Below are positions 14,302 to 22,891 of a DNA stretch of 28,843 bases, piece after piece (the first letter of the stretch is position 1; each line of letters opens with the position of its first letter). Under the pieces are notes generated by a model. That model was not told the DNA's origin. It did not search any database and worked only from the letters and a program-made list of their open reading frames with translations. Source of the DNA: Pseudomonadota bacterium (GTDB taxonomy: Bacteria > Pseudomonadota > Gammaproteobacteria > Burkholderiales > Burkholderiaceae_C); the NCBI GenBank assembly GCA_039800165.1, contig JBDLRH010000030.1, positions 1 through 28,843 on the forward strand, in the 5' to 3' direction. Position numbers and translations under genes: made by a program.

Positions 14302-15177
14302 TCAGTTGTCGCCGAACAGGCTGCGCCGGGTGACGTCTACAAAGGCGTCCAGCGCAGCGAGTTCGCGGTCATCAACCCGACGCACATTGGTAAAGCCCGA
14401 CAACCCGAAGAAGCGCCAGCCCGCCTCGGCAGCAGGCAGCGCCAACATCGCGTCGCCCAGCTTTTGCCGGTCTGCCGCCGTCATGGTGGGGTGCGTCATC
14501 ACCAGGAAACCTGGCACCGTGGCGATCTCGCTGACCACGCGCAGTGCCTGGCGCAGCGCGTCGGGCTTGGCACGGAATTCACCCATGCTCATGATGGCGA
14601 ACGGGGCCTCACCGTTGAGGATGACTGCGCCCAGGCTGTCGTCGTTCGGCGTTCTCACCACCTGGAAGTCGCGGCCCTGCTGCAGCCCCTGGCCACCCAG
14701 CCAGCGCAAACCCACCAGCGCCACCAGCGACTGCGGATTGCCCAGCGCCAGCGACTTGCCGCGCAGCTGCGCGACCGCCGCTTCACGGTTGCTGGCGGCC
14801 GTGACAAGCAGCGCCGGAATGCCGGGTTCGTATTGGGCGATCGGCGTCCAGCGCGAGTCCACCTGCGCCATGCGGCCCAGATTGGGGGCGGTAACGATCA
14901 TGTCGTACTTGCCCTCACGCGTGGCTTGCGCAAACGCGCGGAAGTCGTTGGCGGTGACCACCTCCACCGGCCGCCCCAGCGTTTGCTGCAGGTATTCGCG
15001 CATGGGCTGGTAGTGCGTGAGGAGCACACGTGCGCTGATGTTGGGCAAGACCCCCAGCGTGAGTGGGCCCGCCGGGGCCTGCGCCCAGGCCGCACCGGCA
15101 CCCAGGGTGGCGGCCAGGCCCAGCGCACCCCCCAGCACAACATCGCGGCGGCGCTTCAAAAACGAGGGAAAAGACAT
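14302..15177 (-). CDS. PhnD-like (phosphonate-type ABC) periplasmic binding protein, co-transcribed with the kinase
   Basis: ATG 15177 (MSFPSFLKRRRDVVLGGALGLAATLGAGAAWAQA) gives a signal peptide. The mature part LTLGVLPNISARVLLTHYQPMREYL... matches PhnD-type binding proteins. The stop is 18 nt upstream of the kinase start. The track's 653-aa version extends antisense over the next gene. Confidence 0.85.
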   Translation of the reverse strand: MSFPSFLKRRRDVVLGGALGLAATLGAGAAWAQAPAGPLTLGVLPNISARVLLTHYQPMREYLQQTLGRPVEVVTANDFRAFAQATREGKYDMIVTAPNLGRMAQVDSRWTPIAQYEPGIPALLVTAASNREAAVAQLRGKSLALGNPQSLVALVGLRWLGGQGLQQGRDFQVVRTPNDDSLGAVILNGEAPFAIMSMGEFRAKPDALRQALRVVSEIATVPGFLVMTHPTMTAADRQKLGDAMLALPAAEAGWRFFGLSGFTNVRRVDDRELAALDAFVDVTRRSLFGDN

Positions 15178-15351
15178 GATGAACAACCGTTGTGGGGCCC
15201 AGGCCCGACAGGGCTGGGCGGGTGAAGAACTGCAGGGACGCCGATTATGAATCGCGCGCGTCGCCCACTTGACCGCATCGGGGTTTCTCCGGGGACGGCC
15301 AGCGCAGTCCTTCTGCATCATGCAGCGGCAGTCATCACCACAGGAGCCAGC

Positions 15352-16332
15352 ATGCGTCTTTCTCGCCGTCACTTCACCGTTGGCATGGCCTCGGCCACGC
15401 TGGGTGTGGGCACCGCCTCGTGGGCCCAGTCGTTCCCCAACAAGCCGCTCAAGATCGTTGTGCCCTTCCCGGCCGGCGGCACCACCGATGTGGTGGCGCG
15501 CCTGGTGGCGCAGCGCATGAGCGAATCGATGGGCCAGCCGGTCACCGTGGAAAACCGCGGCGGCGCGGGCGGTGCCATCGGTGCCGACGCGGTGGCCAAG
15601 GCCGCACCCGACGGCTACACGCTGCTGATGCACAACCTGACCTTCCCGATGACCTCGGTGGCGCAGACGCTGGCCGGCCGCTCGCCGTTCAACGTCGAGA
15701 CCGACCTGGTGGGCGTGTCGATCTCGGTGTACGTGCCCTTCATGTGGACCGCGCACCCCAGCGTGCCGGCCAAGGACCTGCGTGAGCTGGCCAACCTGCT
15801 GCGCACGCAGAAGCTGCCCTACAACTACGGCTCCACCGGCCCGGGCTCGGCCATGCATGTGCAGGGCGAGGCCCTCAAGAAGGAAGCGGGCATCGACATG
15901 CAGCACGTGCCCTTCCGCGGTGCGGCACCGCTCAAGCAGGAGCTGCTGGCCGGCCGCATCCAGGTGGGCGGCGACCAGCTGTCCACCTCGCTGGCCGAGA
16001 TCAAGGCCGGCACGCTCAAGGCGCTGGCCACCACGGCTTCGAAGCGGGTGCCCGAGCTGCCCGATGTGCCCACGGTGCGCGAACTGGGCTTCCCGAACCT
16101 GGAGCTCGAAGGCTGGAACGGCCTGTTCGCGCCGGCCCGCACGCCGCGCGACGTGCTGGAGCGTCTGCAACGCGAGGCCGCTGCCGCGGTGCGTCACCCG
16201 GATGTGGTGAAGCGCCTGGCCGACATGGGCGCCGACGCGGTGGGCTCCAACGGCGCGGCGCAAGACGAGATCTTCAAGCGGCAGATGAACCAGTTCCGGC
16301 CGATCATCCGCGAGATGAAGATCGAGAGCTGA
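15352..16332 (+). CDS. Bug/TctC-family periplasmic substrate-binding protein
   Basis: CAGGAG lies 5 nt upstream of ATG 15352. It starts MRLSRRHFTVGMASATLGVGTASWAQ (signal peptide) and carries KPLKIVVPFPAGGTTDVVAR...TVENRGGAGG. Confidence 0.92.
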   Translation: MRLSRRHFTVGMASATLGVGTASWAQSFPNKPLKIVVPFPAGGTTDVVARLVAQRMSESMGQPVTVENRGGAGGAIGADAVAKAAPDGYTLLMHNLTFPMTSVAQTLAGRSPFNVETDLVGVSISVYVPFMWTAHPSVPAKDLRELANLLRTQKLPYNYGSTGPGSAMHVQGEALKKEAGIDMQHVPFRGAAPLKQELLAGRIQVGGDQLSTSLAEIKAGTLKALATTASKRVPELPDVPTVRELGFPNLELEGWNGLFAPARTPRDVLERLQREAAAAVRHPDVVKRLADMGADAVGSNGAAQDEIFKRQMNQFRPIIREMKIES

Positions 16333-16343
16333 CCGACAGGCAA

Positions 16344-16370
16344 CGCAGCGCGCTCAGTGCGCGCGCTGCG
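16344..16370. terminator. GC-rich hairpin between convergent genes
   Basis: CGCAGCGCGC (16344-16353) pairs with GCGCGCTGCG (16361-16370). It overlaps the stop codon of the dehydrogenase gene and has no U-tract. Confidence 0.4.
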
Positions 16371-17235
16371 CGAGCCACCACACCGGGAACTGGCTGCAGT
16401 CGGCACCCGCCAGCCCCTGGTCGATGGCGCGTTCCAGGTTGGCCAGCGTGGCCTCGGCCAGCGGCATGGCGCAGCCGTTCTTCGCACCCTGCTCGACCAT
16501 GGTGCGCACGTCCTTGCGCATGGTGGCGATGTCCACCGTGACTGCGGCCTGGGGCGTGCCGGCCAGCGCGTCGGCGATCATGCCGCCGCGCACCTTGAGC
16601 ATGTTGGGCCCGCCCGATGACTCGCTCAGCACATCGATCATCAGCTTGGGGTCGATGTCGAGCGACTGCACCAATGACAGCGCCTCGCCCAGCGTCTGCC
16701 AGTACACCATCAGCGGCAGGTTGACCGCAAGCTTCATGCGCGCGCCGTTGCCGTGCGCGCCCACCGCCACCACCTTCTTGCACATCTGCTCGAGCAGCGG
16801 CATCGCCGTCTGCACATCGGCCGCGCTGCCGCCGGCAAAGCCGATCAGCTTGCCCTCCTTGGCCGGGCCGACGCTGCCGCCCACCGGGCATTCGAGGTAG
16901 CGCGCACCGGCCTGCTGCGCGCGCTGGCCCATCTGCGCCTGGAACTCGGGCGCCACGGTGCTCATCTCGATCAGCAGCGCCTGCGGCGCGCTGAACAAGC
17001 CGTCGGAGCCGCCGTACACCGACTCGATGGCAGCCGCATCGGTCAGCAGGCTGATGACTACATCGCACTGGCGCGCGAGGTCGGCCGGGCGCGCGGCCCG
17101 CGTGGCACCGGCAGCCACCAGCGCATCGGCGCGGGCGGCGTTGCGGTTCCACACCATCAGTTCATGGCCCAGGCCCATCAGGCGCTGCGCCACGGCCTGG
17201 CCCATCTTCCCGGTTCCCGCGATTCCGACTTTCAT
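16354..17235 (-). CDS. NAD(P)-dependent beta-hydroxyacid dehydrogenase (3-hydroxyisobutyrate / tartronate-semialdehyde reductase family)
   Basis: It has the N-terminal Rossmann motif MKVGIAGTGKMGQAVAQRL and the mid-protein G-x-G-x3-K-L-x2-N motif (GAHGNGARMKLAVN). At 293 aa the length fits the family. Confidence 0.9.
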   Translation of the reverse strand: MKVGIAGTGKMGQAVAQRLMGLGHELMVWNRNAARADALVAAGATRAARPADLARQCDVVISLLTDAAAIESVYGGSDGLFSAPQALLIEMSTVAPEFQAQMGQRAQQAGARYLECPVGGSVGPAKEGKLIGFAGGSAADVQTAMPLLEQMCKKVVAVGAHGNGARMKLAVNLPLMVYWQTLGEALSLVQSLDIDPKLMIDVLSESSGGPNMLKVRGGMIADALAGTPQAAVTVDIATMRKDVRTMVEQGAKNGCAMPLAEATLANLERAIDQGLAGADCSQFPVWWLAQRAH

Positions 17236-17353
17236 GCGACACGCTCTCTGGTTTCATCGTTGAGGACAGCGCACGCCACTGCAGCGGCGCCTGTGTGCAG
17301 ACGATGATACGGTGCCCGCCGCTGCGGGGCAGACGGCCCCGGGGGCACAGGCC

Positions 17354-18934
17354 TCAGGCGGCCACGGGTTCGAGCCGCTGGCGCAGCACGCGGTGGAGGA
17401 TCTTGCCGGTGGCCGTGCGCGGCATGTCTTCATCGGCGATGAACTCGAAGGCGGTCGGGCACTTGAAGCCTGCCAGCCGGGCGCGGCACCATTCGCGCAG
17501 CGCCTGCGCGTCGGCGTGCTGCCCCGCGTGCAGCACCACTACCGCCTGCACCGTCTCGCCCCACTTGTCGTGCGGCATGCCGATCACCGCCACATCCTTC
17601 ACTGCCGGATGCGCGCCGATCACCCCCTCCACCTCGGACGGGTAGACGTTCTCGCCGCCAGTGATGATCATGTTGCTCTTGCGGTCCACCAGCCAGATGT
17701 AGCCGTCGGCATCGCGACGCGCCATGTCGCCCACCGAGCACCACGCGCCGTCGAAGGCCTCTTGCGTCTTCAGCGGGTTCTTCCAGTAACCGTCAAACAC
17801 ATAGGCGGTGCGCGAGAACAGCTCGCCCACCTCGCCGTCGGGCAACTCGCAACGCTGCTCATCAAGCAGCCGGATCGCGCCGCTGCCCGCCCATTCGCGC
17901 CCGACCGAGCCCAGCTTGCTGATCTGCTCCTCGGGGCGCAGCAGCGTCACCCAGCCCGCCTCGGTGGAGCCGTACAGCTCGTACAGGCGGCCATTGCGGA
18001 AGAAGTCGAGGATGGCGAGCTTGGTGTCCTTGCGCGCAGGCGCGGAAGACACCAGCAGCTTGCCCACCGCGCTCACGTCATGGCGGCGCTTCACCTCGTC
18101 GGGCAATGCCAGCAGCATGATGTAGTGCGTGGGTACCAGCGAGGTGAAGGTCACCTTCTCGTTCGCCAGCGTGGCCAGCAACGCCTCGGGGTCGAAGCTG
18201 CGGCGGTCGTCGATGATGCAGGTGCCGCCGATGTGGATGAAGGTGGTGCCGAAGTACAACGAATTCGCGTGGCACAGCGGCATCACCAGCAGCGCGGTGT
18301 CGTCGCGGGTAAAGCCCATCTCAAGCGCGGTGGCCATCGCGATCAGCGTGCTGCCGCCATGGCGGCGGATGGCGCCCTTGGGCCGGCCGGTGGTGCCCGA
18401 GGTGTACATCAGTGCGCACATGTCGTGCTCGTCCACCGGCTCGAACGCAAAGCTGGCACTGGCCATGGCGATCAGGTACTCGTAGCCGCGCCAGCCAGAG
18501 GGCGGTGTCGGGTCCTCGGCACCGGATGCATCGTCCAGCGCGATGAAGCGGCCCGCCATCACCGGAACCTCGCTGCGGATGCTGTCGATGGTGGAGCAGA
18601 ACTCGGGGCCGGCGATCACGGCGCTGACCTCGGCGTGGCCGAGGATGTAGGCCATCTCGGGCGCGGTCAGGCGGAAGTTGAGCGGCACCACCACCAGGCC
18701 CGCGCGCGCCATCGCCACGTAGATCTCCATCCACTCGATGCGGTTGTAGGCCACGACGCCCACGCGGTCGCCCTTGGACAGGCCCAGTTCACGCAGGCCG
18801 GCGGCCAGCTGCGTGGCGCGGTCATGCCATTGCGCGTAGGTCAGGCTGCGGCGCGAGTCGCGCGCGCCTGGCTTGTTCGGGGTCCGGCGGGCGTGGGCGG
18901 CCACGGCGTCGGCGATGGTGAGCATCTGGGTCAT
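17354..18934 (-). CDS. AMP-dependent acyl-CoA synthetase/ligase (527 aa)
   Basis: The start is at ATG 18934 (MTQMLTIADAV...). The AMP-binding motif YTSGTTGRPKG and the C-terminal ...PRTATGKILHR are present. The track's upstream extension crosses the intergenic palindrome. Confidence 0.92.
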   Translation of the reverse strand: MTQMLTIADAVAAHARRTPNKPGARDSRRSLTYAQWHDRATQLAAGLRELGLSKGDRVGVVAYNRIEWMEIYVAMARAGLVVVPLNFRLTAPEMAYILGHAEVSAVIAGPEFCSTIDSIRSEVPVMAGRFIALDDASGAEDPTPPSGWRGYEYLIAMASASFAFEPVDEHDMCALMYTSGTTGRPKGAIRRHGGSTLIAMATALEMGFTRDDTALLVMPLCHANSLYFGTTFIHIGGTCIIDDRRSFDPEALLATLANEKVTFTSLVPTHYIMLLALPDEVKRRHDVSAVGKLLVSSAPARKDTKLAILDFFRNGRLYELYGSTEAGWVTLLRPEEQISKLGSVGREWAGSGAIRLLDEQRCELPDGEVGELFSRTAYVFDGYWKNPLKTQEAFDGAWCSVGDMARRDADGYIWLVDRKSNMIITGGENVYPSEVEGVIGAHPAVKDVAVIGMPHDKWGETVQAVVVLHAGQHADAQALREWCRARLAGFKCPTAFEFIADEDMPRTATGKILHRVLRQRLEPVAA

Positions 18935-19000
18935 GCGCGTCCTGGGCAGAAGGTGATGGGTTGCAGTGGGCCGGCACCAAAGCCAGCCCCGGGCTTGATT

Positions 19001-19020
19001 GAATTCTGAATTCAGAATTC
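19001..19020. promoter_or_regulatory. 20-bp perfect palindrome made of three GAATTC units, candidate operator
   Basis: GAATTCTGAATTCAGAATTC is its own reverse complement. It sits in the 160-bp divergent region between the acyl-CoA synthetase and the ThDP enzyme, and it is strikingly AT-rich for this DNA. Confidence 0.55.
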
Positions 19021-19094
19021 GAATATCATACGGCAATCGAGCCAGGCGTGCAGCCCATGCGTGCGCCGCTTCTTCACAACCACCCGGAGATGCC

Positions 19095-20831
19095 ATGACA
19101 CCGCCCCCGATCACCGACCAGAGCGGCGCCGCCGTCATCGCACGCTTTCTCAAGGCCCGCGGCGTCCAGCGCGTCTACGGCCTGTGCGGCGGGCACATCA
19201 TGCCGATCTGGATGCGGCTGGATGCCGAGGGCATCCGCATCGTGGACGTGCGCGACGAGCGTGCCGCGGTGTACATGGCGCATGCCGAAGCACAACTGAC
19301 CGGCCGCCTCGGCGTGGCGCTGGTCACCGCCGGGCCCGGCGTCACCAACGCGATGACCGGCATCGCCAATGCGCATGTGGCGCGCGCGCCGGTGCTGGTG
19401 CTCTCGGGCCTGCCGCCCACCGCACAGGAAAACCGCGGTGCGCTGCAAGACATCGTGCACACCGACCTGGTGCGCGGCATCACCCGCTATGCGCGCACCG
19501 TGCGCCACCCCGACCTGATTCCGCAAGAGCTGGCCGAGGCCGCCGCGCGCGCGCAAGGTATCGGCGGTGAGGCCGGGCCGGTGTACCTGGACTTTCCGGT
19601 GGACACGCTGCGCGGCGAAGTCTGCCGTGCGGTGCAGCTGCCCGAGTACTTCTCGCCCGCCGCCGCGCTGCCGCAGCCGCCGCATCCGGCACAGGTGCAG
19701 GCCGCCGTCGAGCTGCTGTGGTCGGCCAAGCGACCGCTGTTCATCTCGGGCCGCGGCGCGCAGGGCGCGGGCCCGGCCCTCAGTGCGCTGCTGTCGCGCC
19801 TGAACGCGGCCTACCTGGACACAGGCGAAAGCCGCGGCCTGGTCAGCGACGACCACCCCAGCGTGGTCGGTGCGATGCGCGGCACGGTGATGGGCCAGGC
19901 CGACCTGGTGATCACAGTGGGGCGGCGGCTGGACTTCCAGCTCGCCTACGGGTCGCCCGCGGTGTTCGGTGACGCGCGCTTTCTGCGCATCGCCGACTGC
20001 GCCGCCGAGCTGCGCGACAACCGCCACGGCGACCTCGGGATGCTGTGCAACCCGGCGCTGGCGCTGCAGGCCATTCTGGATGCCGCACCCGCACGCGCCC
20101 CGGCAGGCGACGCCGCATGGCTTGCCGGCCTGCGCGAGCAGCACCTCAAGCGCTCGGACAAGCTCGCGACCAGCATGCGTGAGGCCCCCGCAGGTACCGA
20201 CGGGCGGATGCACCCCAACCGCGTGCTCGCCGCGCTGCGCGAGGCGCTGCCTGCGGACGCAGTGGTGGTCGCAGACGGCGGCGACTTCCTGAGCTTTGCG
20301 CGCGTGGGCCTGCCCGCCACCACTTACCTCGACCCGGGCTCGCTGGGCTGCATCGGCGTGGGCACCGCATTTGGCATCGCCGCCAGCCTGGTCTATCCCG
20401 AGCGCACGGTGGTGGTGGCCACCGGCGACGGCGCGTTTGGCTTCAACGCGATGGAGATCGACACCGCCGTGCGCCACGGTGCGCCCATTTTGGTGGTGGT
20501 GGCCAACAACGGCTCGTGGGCGATCGAGGTGCGCGACCAGCAAGAGACGCACGGCAAGGTGGTGGGCACGCATCTGCAGTTCGCCGACCATGCCGCGATG
20601 GCGCGCGCCTTCAACCTGCACGCTGAACGCGTGGAGCAGCCCGAAGACCTGCCAGGGGCGATTACCCGCGCGCTGCAGCAGTTGGCCCAGGGCCGGCCCG
20701 CGCTGCTGGATGTGATCGTCACACCCGAGGCGGCATCATCCGATGCGAAATCCGGTCTGGCCTGGGTCCCTGACCTGCAACCGCTGGGCGCATGGAACGA
20801 GGCTGAGCAAAAGTGGCGTGCTGCAGCCTGA
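19095..20831 (+). CDS. Thiamine-diphosphate-dependent enzyme (acetolactate synthase / oxalyl-CoA decarboxylase / 2-hydroxyacyl-CoA lyase-like, 578 aa)
   Basis: GGAGA lies 4 nt upstream of ATG 19095. The N-terminus reads GAAVIARFLKARGVQRVYGLCGGH and the ThDP motif reads GDGAFGFNAMEIDTAVRHGAPILVVVANNGSW. Confidence 0.92.
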   Translation: MTPPPITDQSGAAVIARFLKARGVQRVYGLCGGHIMPIWMRLDAEGIRIVDVRDERAAVYMAHAEAQLTGRLGVALVTAGPGVTNAMTGIANAHVARAPVLVLSGLPPTAQENRGALQDIVHTDLVRGITRYARTVRHPDLIPQELAEAAARAQGIGGEAGPVYLDFPVDTLRGEVCRAVQLPEYFSPAAALPQPPHPAQVQAAVELLWSAKRPLFISGRGAQGAGPALSALLSRLNAAYLDTGESRGLVSDDHPSVVGAMRGTVMGQADLVITVGRRLDFQLAYGSPAVFGDARFLRIADCAAELRDNRHGDLGMLCNPALALQAILDAAPARAPAGDAAWLAGLREQHLKRSDKLATSMREAPAGTDGRMHPNRVLAALREALPADAVVVADGGDFLSFARVGLPATTYLDPGSLGCIGVGTAFGIAASLVYPERTVVVATGDGAFGFNAMEIDTAVRHGAPILVVVANNGSWAIEVRDQQETHGKVVGTHLQFADHAAMARAFNLHAERVEQPEDLPGAITRALQQLAQGRPALLDVIVTPEAASSDAKSGLAWVPDLQPLGAWNEAEQKWRAAA

Positions 20832-20861
20832 GGCACGCGCACCCACGTACCATCCACACCC

Positions 20862-21530
20862 ATGAAAGCGCTGCAGCTGCCCCCAACGCTGGTCGAGCAG
20901 GTTCACAAGGCCATCCTGTCGGACATTGCCTCGGGCAAGCTGCCGGCAGGCGCGCGCATCATCCAGGAGCAGATCGCGCAGGAGCTTGGCGTGTCGCGCC
21001 AGCCGGTGCAGCAGGCGCTGACGCTGCTGCGCAAAGAAGGTGTGCTGAGTAACGCCCCCGGCCGCGGCCTGCAGGTGGCACCGCTGGACCTGGCGCATGT
21101 GCAGCAGATGTATGACGTGCGTGCGGTGATCGAAGGCCTGGCGTTTCGCAAGGCGGCGGAAATGAGCGCCGCGCGCGCCAAGGACAAGGGCCCCGCGCTG
21201 ATCCGCGCCGGCCGCAAGGCCGCAGCCAGCGGATCGGTGAGCGCGATGATCGCCGCCGACATGGCGTTTCACGAGTTCATCTACGCGCTGTCGGGCAACC
21301 CGCTGGTGGCGCCGGCGATGCAGACGCACTGGACGCATGCGCAGCGCGTGATGGGCGAGGTGCTGATGCGCGACGACAAGCCGCGCGACATCTGGGACCA
21401 GCACGAAGCGTTGCTGGAGGCCGTGGCATCCGGCAAGGGCACCCAGGCCGAGCGCATGGCGCGCCAGCACATCATTGAGGCGGCCGACTTCATGATCGCG
21501 CGCCTCAAGGCCGAAGGGCAGGGCCGCTAA
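20862..21530 (+). CDS. GntR-family transcriptional regulator (FCD-type)
   Basis: The helix-turn-helix region reads ...IIQEQIAQELGVSRQPVQQALTLLRKEGVLSNAPGRGLQV, followed by a helical C-terminal domain. It lies directly downstream of the ThDP enzyme gene. Confidence 0.9.
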   Translation: MKALQLPPTLVEQVHKAILSDIASGKLPAGARIIQEQIAQELGVSRQPVQQALTLLRKEGVLSNAPGRGLQVAPLDLAHVQQMYDVRAVIEGLAFRKAAEMSAARAKDKGPALIRAGRKAAASGSVSAMIAADMAFHEFIYALSGNPLVAPAMQTHWTHAQRVMGEVLMRDDKPRDIWDQHEALLEAVASGKGTQAERMARQHIIEAADFMIARLKAEGQGR

Positions 21531-21539
21531 GCCCTGCCC
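21516..21539. terminator. Hairpin between the convergent GntR and cynS genes
   Basis: GGGCAGGGC (21516-21524) pairs with GCCCTGCCC (21531-21539). The loop contains the GntR stop codon. There is no U-tract. Confidence 0.4.
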
Positions 21540-21548
21540 TGGGCAGCG

Positions 21549-21992
21549 TCAGTACGTCTTGTACGGCAGGAACTTGCCCGACAGCACCACGTTCACGCGG
21601 TCGCCCTTCGGGTCGGGCTGGCGCTGGATGTCCATGCTGAAGTCGATGGCGCTCATGATGCCGTCGCCGAACTCTTCGTGGATGAGTTCCTTGATGGTGG
21701 TGCCGTACACGCTGACGATTTCGTACCAGCGGTAGATCAGCGGATCGGTGGGCACCGGCGTGGGCAGCGAGCCCTTGTAGGGCACCACCTGCAGCCACTT
21801 CTGCTCTTCGGCGGTCAGGCCGAAGATCTTGCCGATGGCCTTGGCCTGCGCGGGTGTGGCCGTCATCTGGCCCAGGCACAGCGCGGTGGTCCATTCCTTG
21901 GACTCGCCCACCTTCTTGGCCACGGCCTCCCACTTGATGCCCTTGGACACCTTCACGGTGATGATCTTCTCGGTCACGTCGTTGCGGTTCAT
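21549..21992 (-). CDS. cynS: Cyanase (cyanate hydratase)
   Basis: The 147-aa protein has the characteristic C-terminal half ...YRWYEIVSVYGTTIKELIHEEFGDGIMSAIDFSMDI...KGDRVNVVLSGKFLPYK. Confidence 0.95.
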   Translation of the reverse strand: MNRNDVTEKIITVKVSKGIKWEAVAKKVGESKEWTTALCLGQMTATPAQAKAIGKIFGLTAEEQKWLQVVPYKGSLPTPVPTDPLIYRWYEIVSVYGTTIKELIHEEFGDGIMSAIDFSMDIQRQPDPKGDRVNVVLSGKFLPYKTY

Positions 21993-22032
21993 GAATGCTC
22001 CTGAAAGGTTGAAATGAAAATCAGTGCCCTGC

Positions 22033-22830
22033 TCAGTGCCCCGCTTTTGCGCGGGTCACGAGGAAGTCGACGATGTGGTTGCGCAGCTCGTAGTAGCCGC
22101 CCAGGTGGTGCAGGCCGGCGCGGGTGCGGTCGCGCGGCAGCGGGTTGGTGACCGTCTCGGCAATGCCGCCAGGCACATAACCCGAAGGCGTCTCGCTGCC
22201 GTTGCTCATCAGCAGGATGCGGTCGGCCAGCAAGATGGCTTCGTCCACGTCGTGCGTGATCATGAAGACGGTCTGCTGCGTCTCGCGCACGATGCCCATC
22301 AGCTCGTCCTGGATGGTGCCGCGCGTGAGTGCGTCCAGCGCGCCGAACGGCTCGTCGAGCAGCAGCATCTTGGGCTGGATGGAGAACGCGCGCGCAATGC
22401 CCACCCGCTGCTTCATGCCGCCCGACAGCTGCGAGGGCTTCTTGTCGATGGCGTGCGACAGGCCCACCATGGCAACGAACTTCTCGACCTGCTCGTTCAC
22501 CTTGGCTGCGTTCCAGTCGGGCCAGCGCGACTCCACCGCAAAGGCGATGTTGCGTCGCACCGTCAGCCAAGGCATCAATGCGTGGCCCTGGAACACTACA
22601 CCGCGCTCCAGGCTCGGGCCTGCCACCTCGCGGCCGTCCATGAACACGTTGCCGCTGCTGGCCGTGTCCAGACCCGCCAGCACATTCAGGATGGTGGTCT
22701 TGCCGCAGCCCGAGTGGCCGATGATGCAGACGAATTCGCCGCGCTCGATGCCGAAGTCCACATCGGCGAACACCGGCTTGCCGGGCACAAACGTCTTGGC
22801 CAGGCCCTCGACCTTGAGGAAGGCATTCAT
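22033..22830 (-). CDS. cynD: ABC transporter ATP-binding protein, nitrate/cyanate/bicarbonate (NitT/TauT) family
   Basis: The start is at ATG 22830 (MNAFLKVEGLAKTF...). Walker A GHSGCGKTT, signature LSGGMKQRVGIARA and Walker B LLLDEPFGALD are present. The symbol rests on operon context with cynS. Confidence 0.9.
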   Translation of the reverse strand: MNAFLKVEGLAKTFVPGKPVFADVDFGIERGEFVCIIGHSGCGKTTILNVLAGLDTASSGNVFMDGREVAGPSLERGVVFQGHALMPWLTVRRNIAFAVESRWPDWNAAKVNEQVEKFVAMVGLSHAIDKKPSQLSGGMKQRVGIARAFSIQPKMLLLDEPFGALDALTRGTIQDELMGIVRETQQTVFMITHDVDEAILLADRILLMSNGSETPSGYVPGGIAETVTNPLPRDRTRAGLHHLGGYYELRNHIVDFLVTRAKAGH

Positions 22831-22891
22831 CGCACGCTCCTTGACAGCGGGAAGGGGAGCGGCAACGGGTGTAGCCGCGCGTTGCTGCGCA

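Noticed and set aside
12373-15225. Plus-strand ORFs antisense to the kinase and PhnD-like genes (12373-13665, 12749-13876, 14152-15225, 14198-15013)
   Set aside because: They have the same shadow-ORF composition, while the opposite strand carries complete HAMP, PAS, HisKA and HATPase motifs and a binding-protein motif set.
15313-15325. 13-bp palindrome CTGCATCATGCAG in the divergent region between the PhnD-like/kinase operon and the Bug gene
   Set aside because: It is short enough to occur by chance and I saw no second copy or flanking symmetry. I note it only as a possible operator.
14302-16263. The track's 653-aa version of the PhnD-like gene
   Set aside because: The first 362 codons run antisense through the Bug gene at 15352-16332 and read as low complexity. 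The internal ATG at 15177 gives a proper signal peptide, so the gene is trimmed to 14302-15177.
9793-16263. Three minus-strand ORFs of identical length (653 aa: 9793-11754, 12322-14283, 14302-16263), which might suggest duplication or an artefact
   Set aside because: The three translations are unrelated: one is a shadow ORF, one is the real kinase, and one is an over-extended binding-protein ORF. The equal lengths look coincidental.
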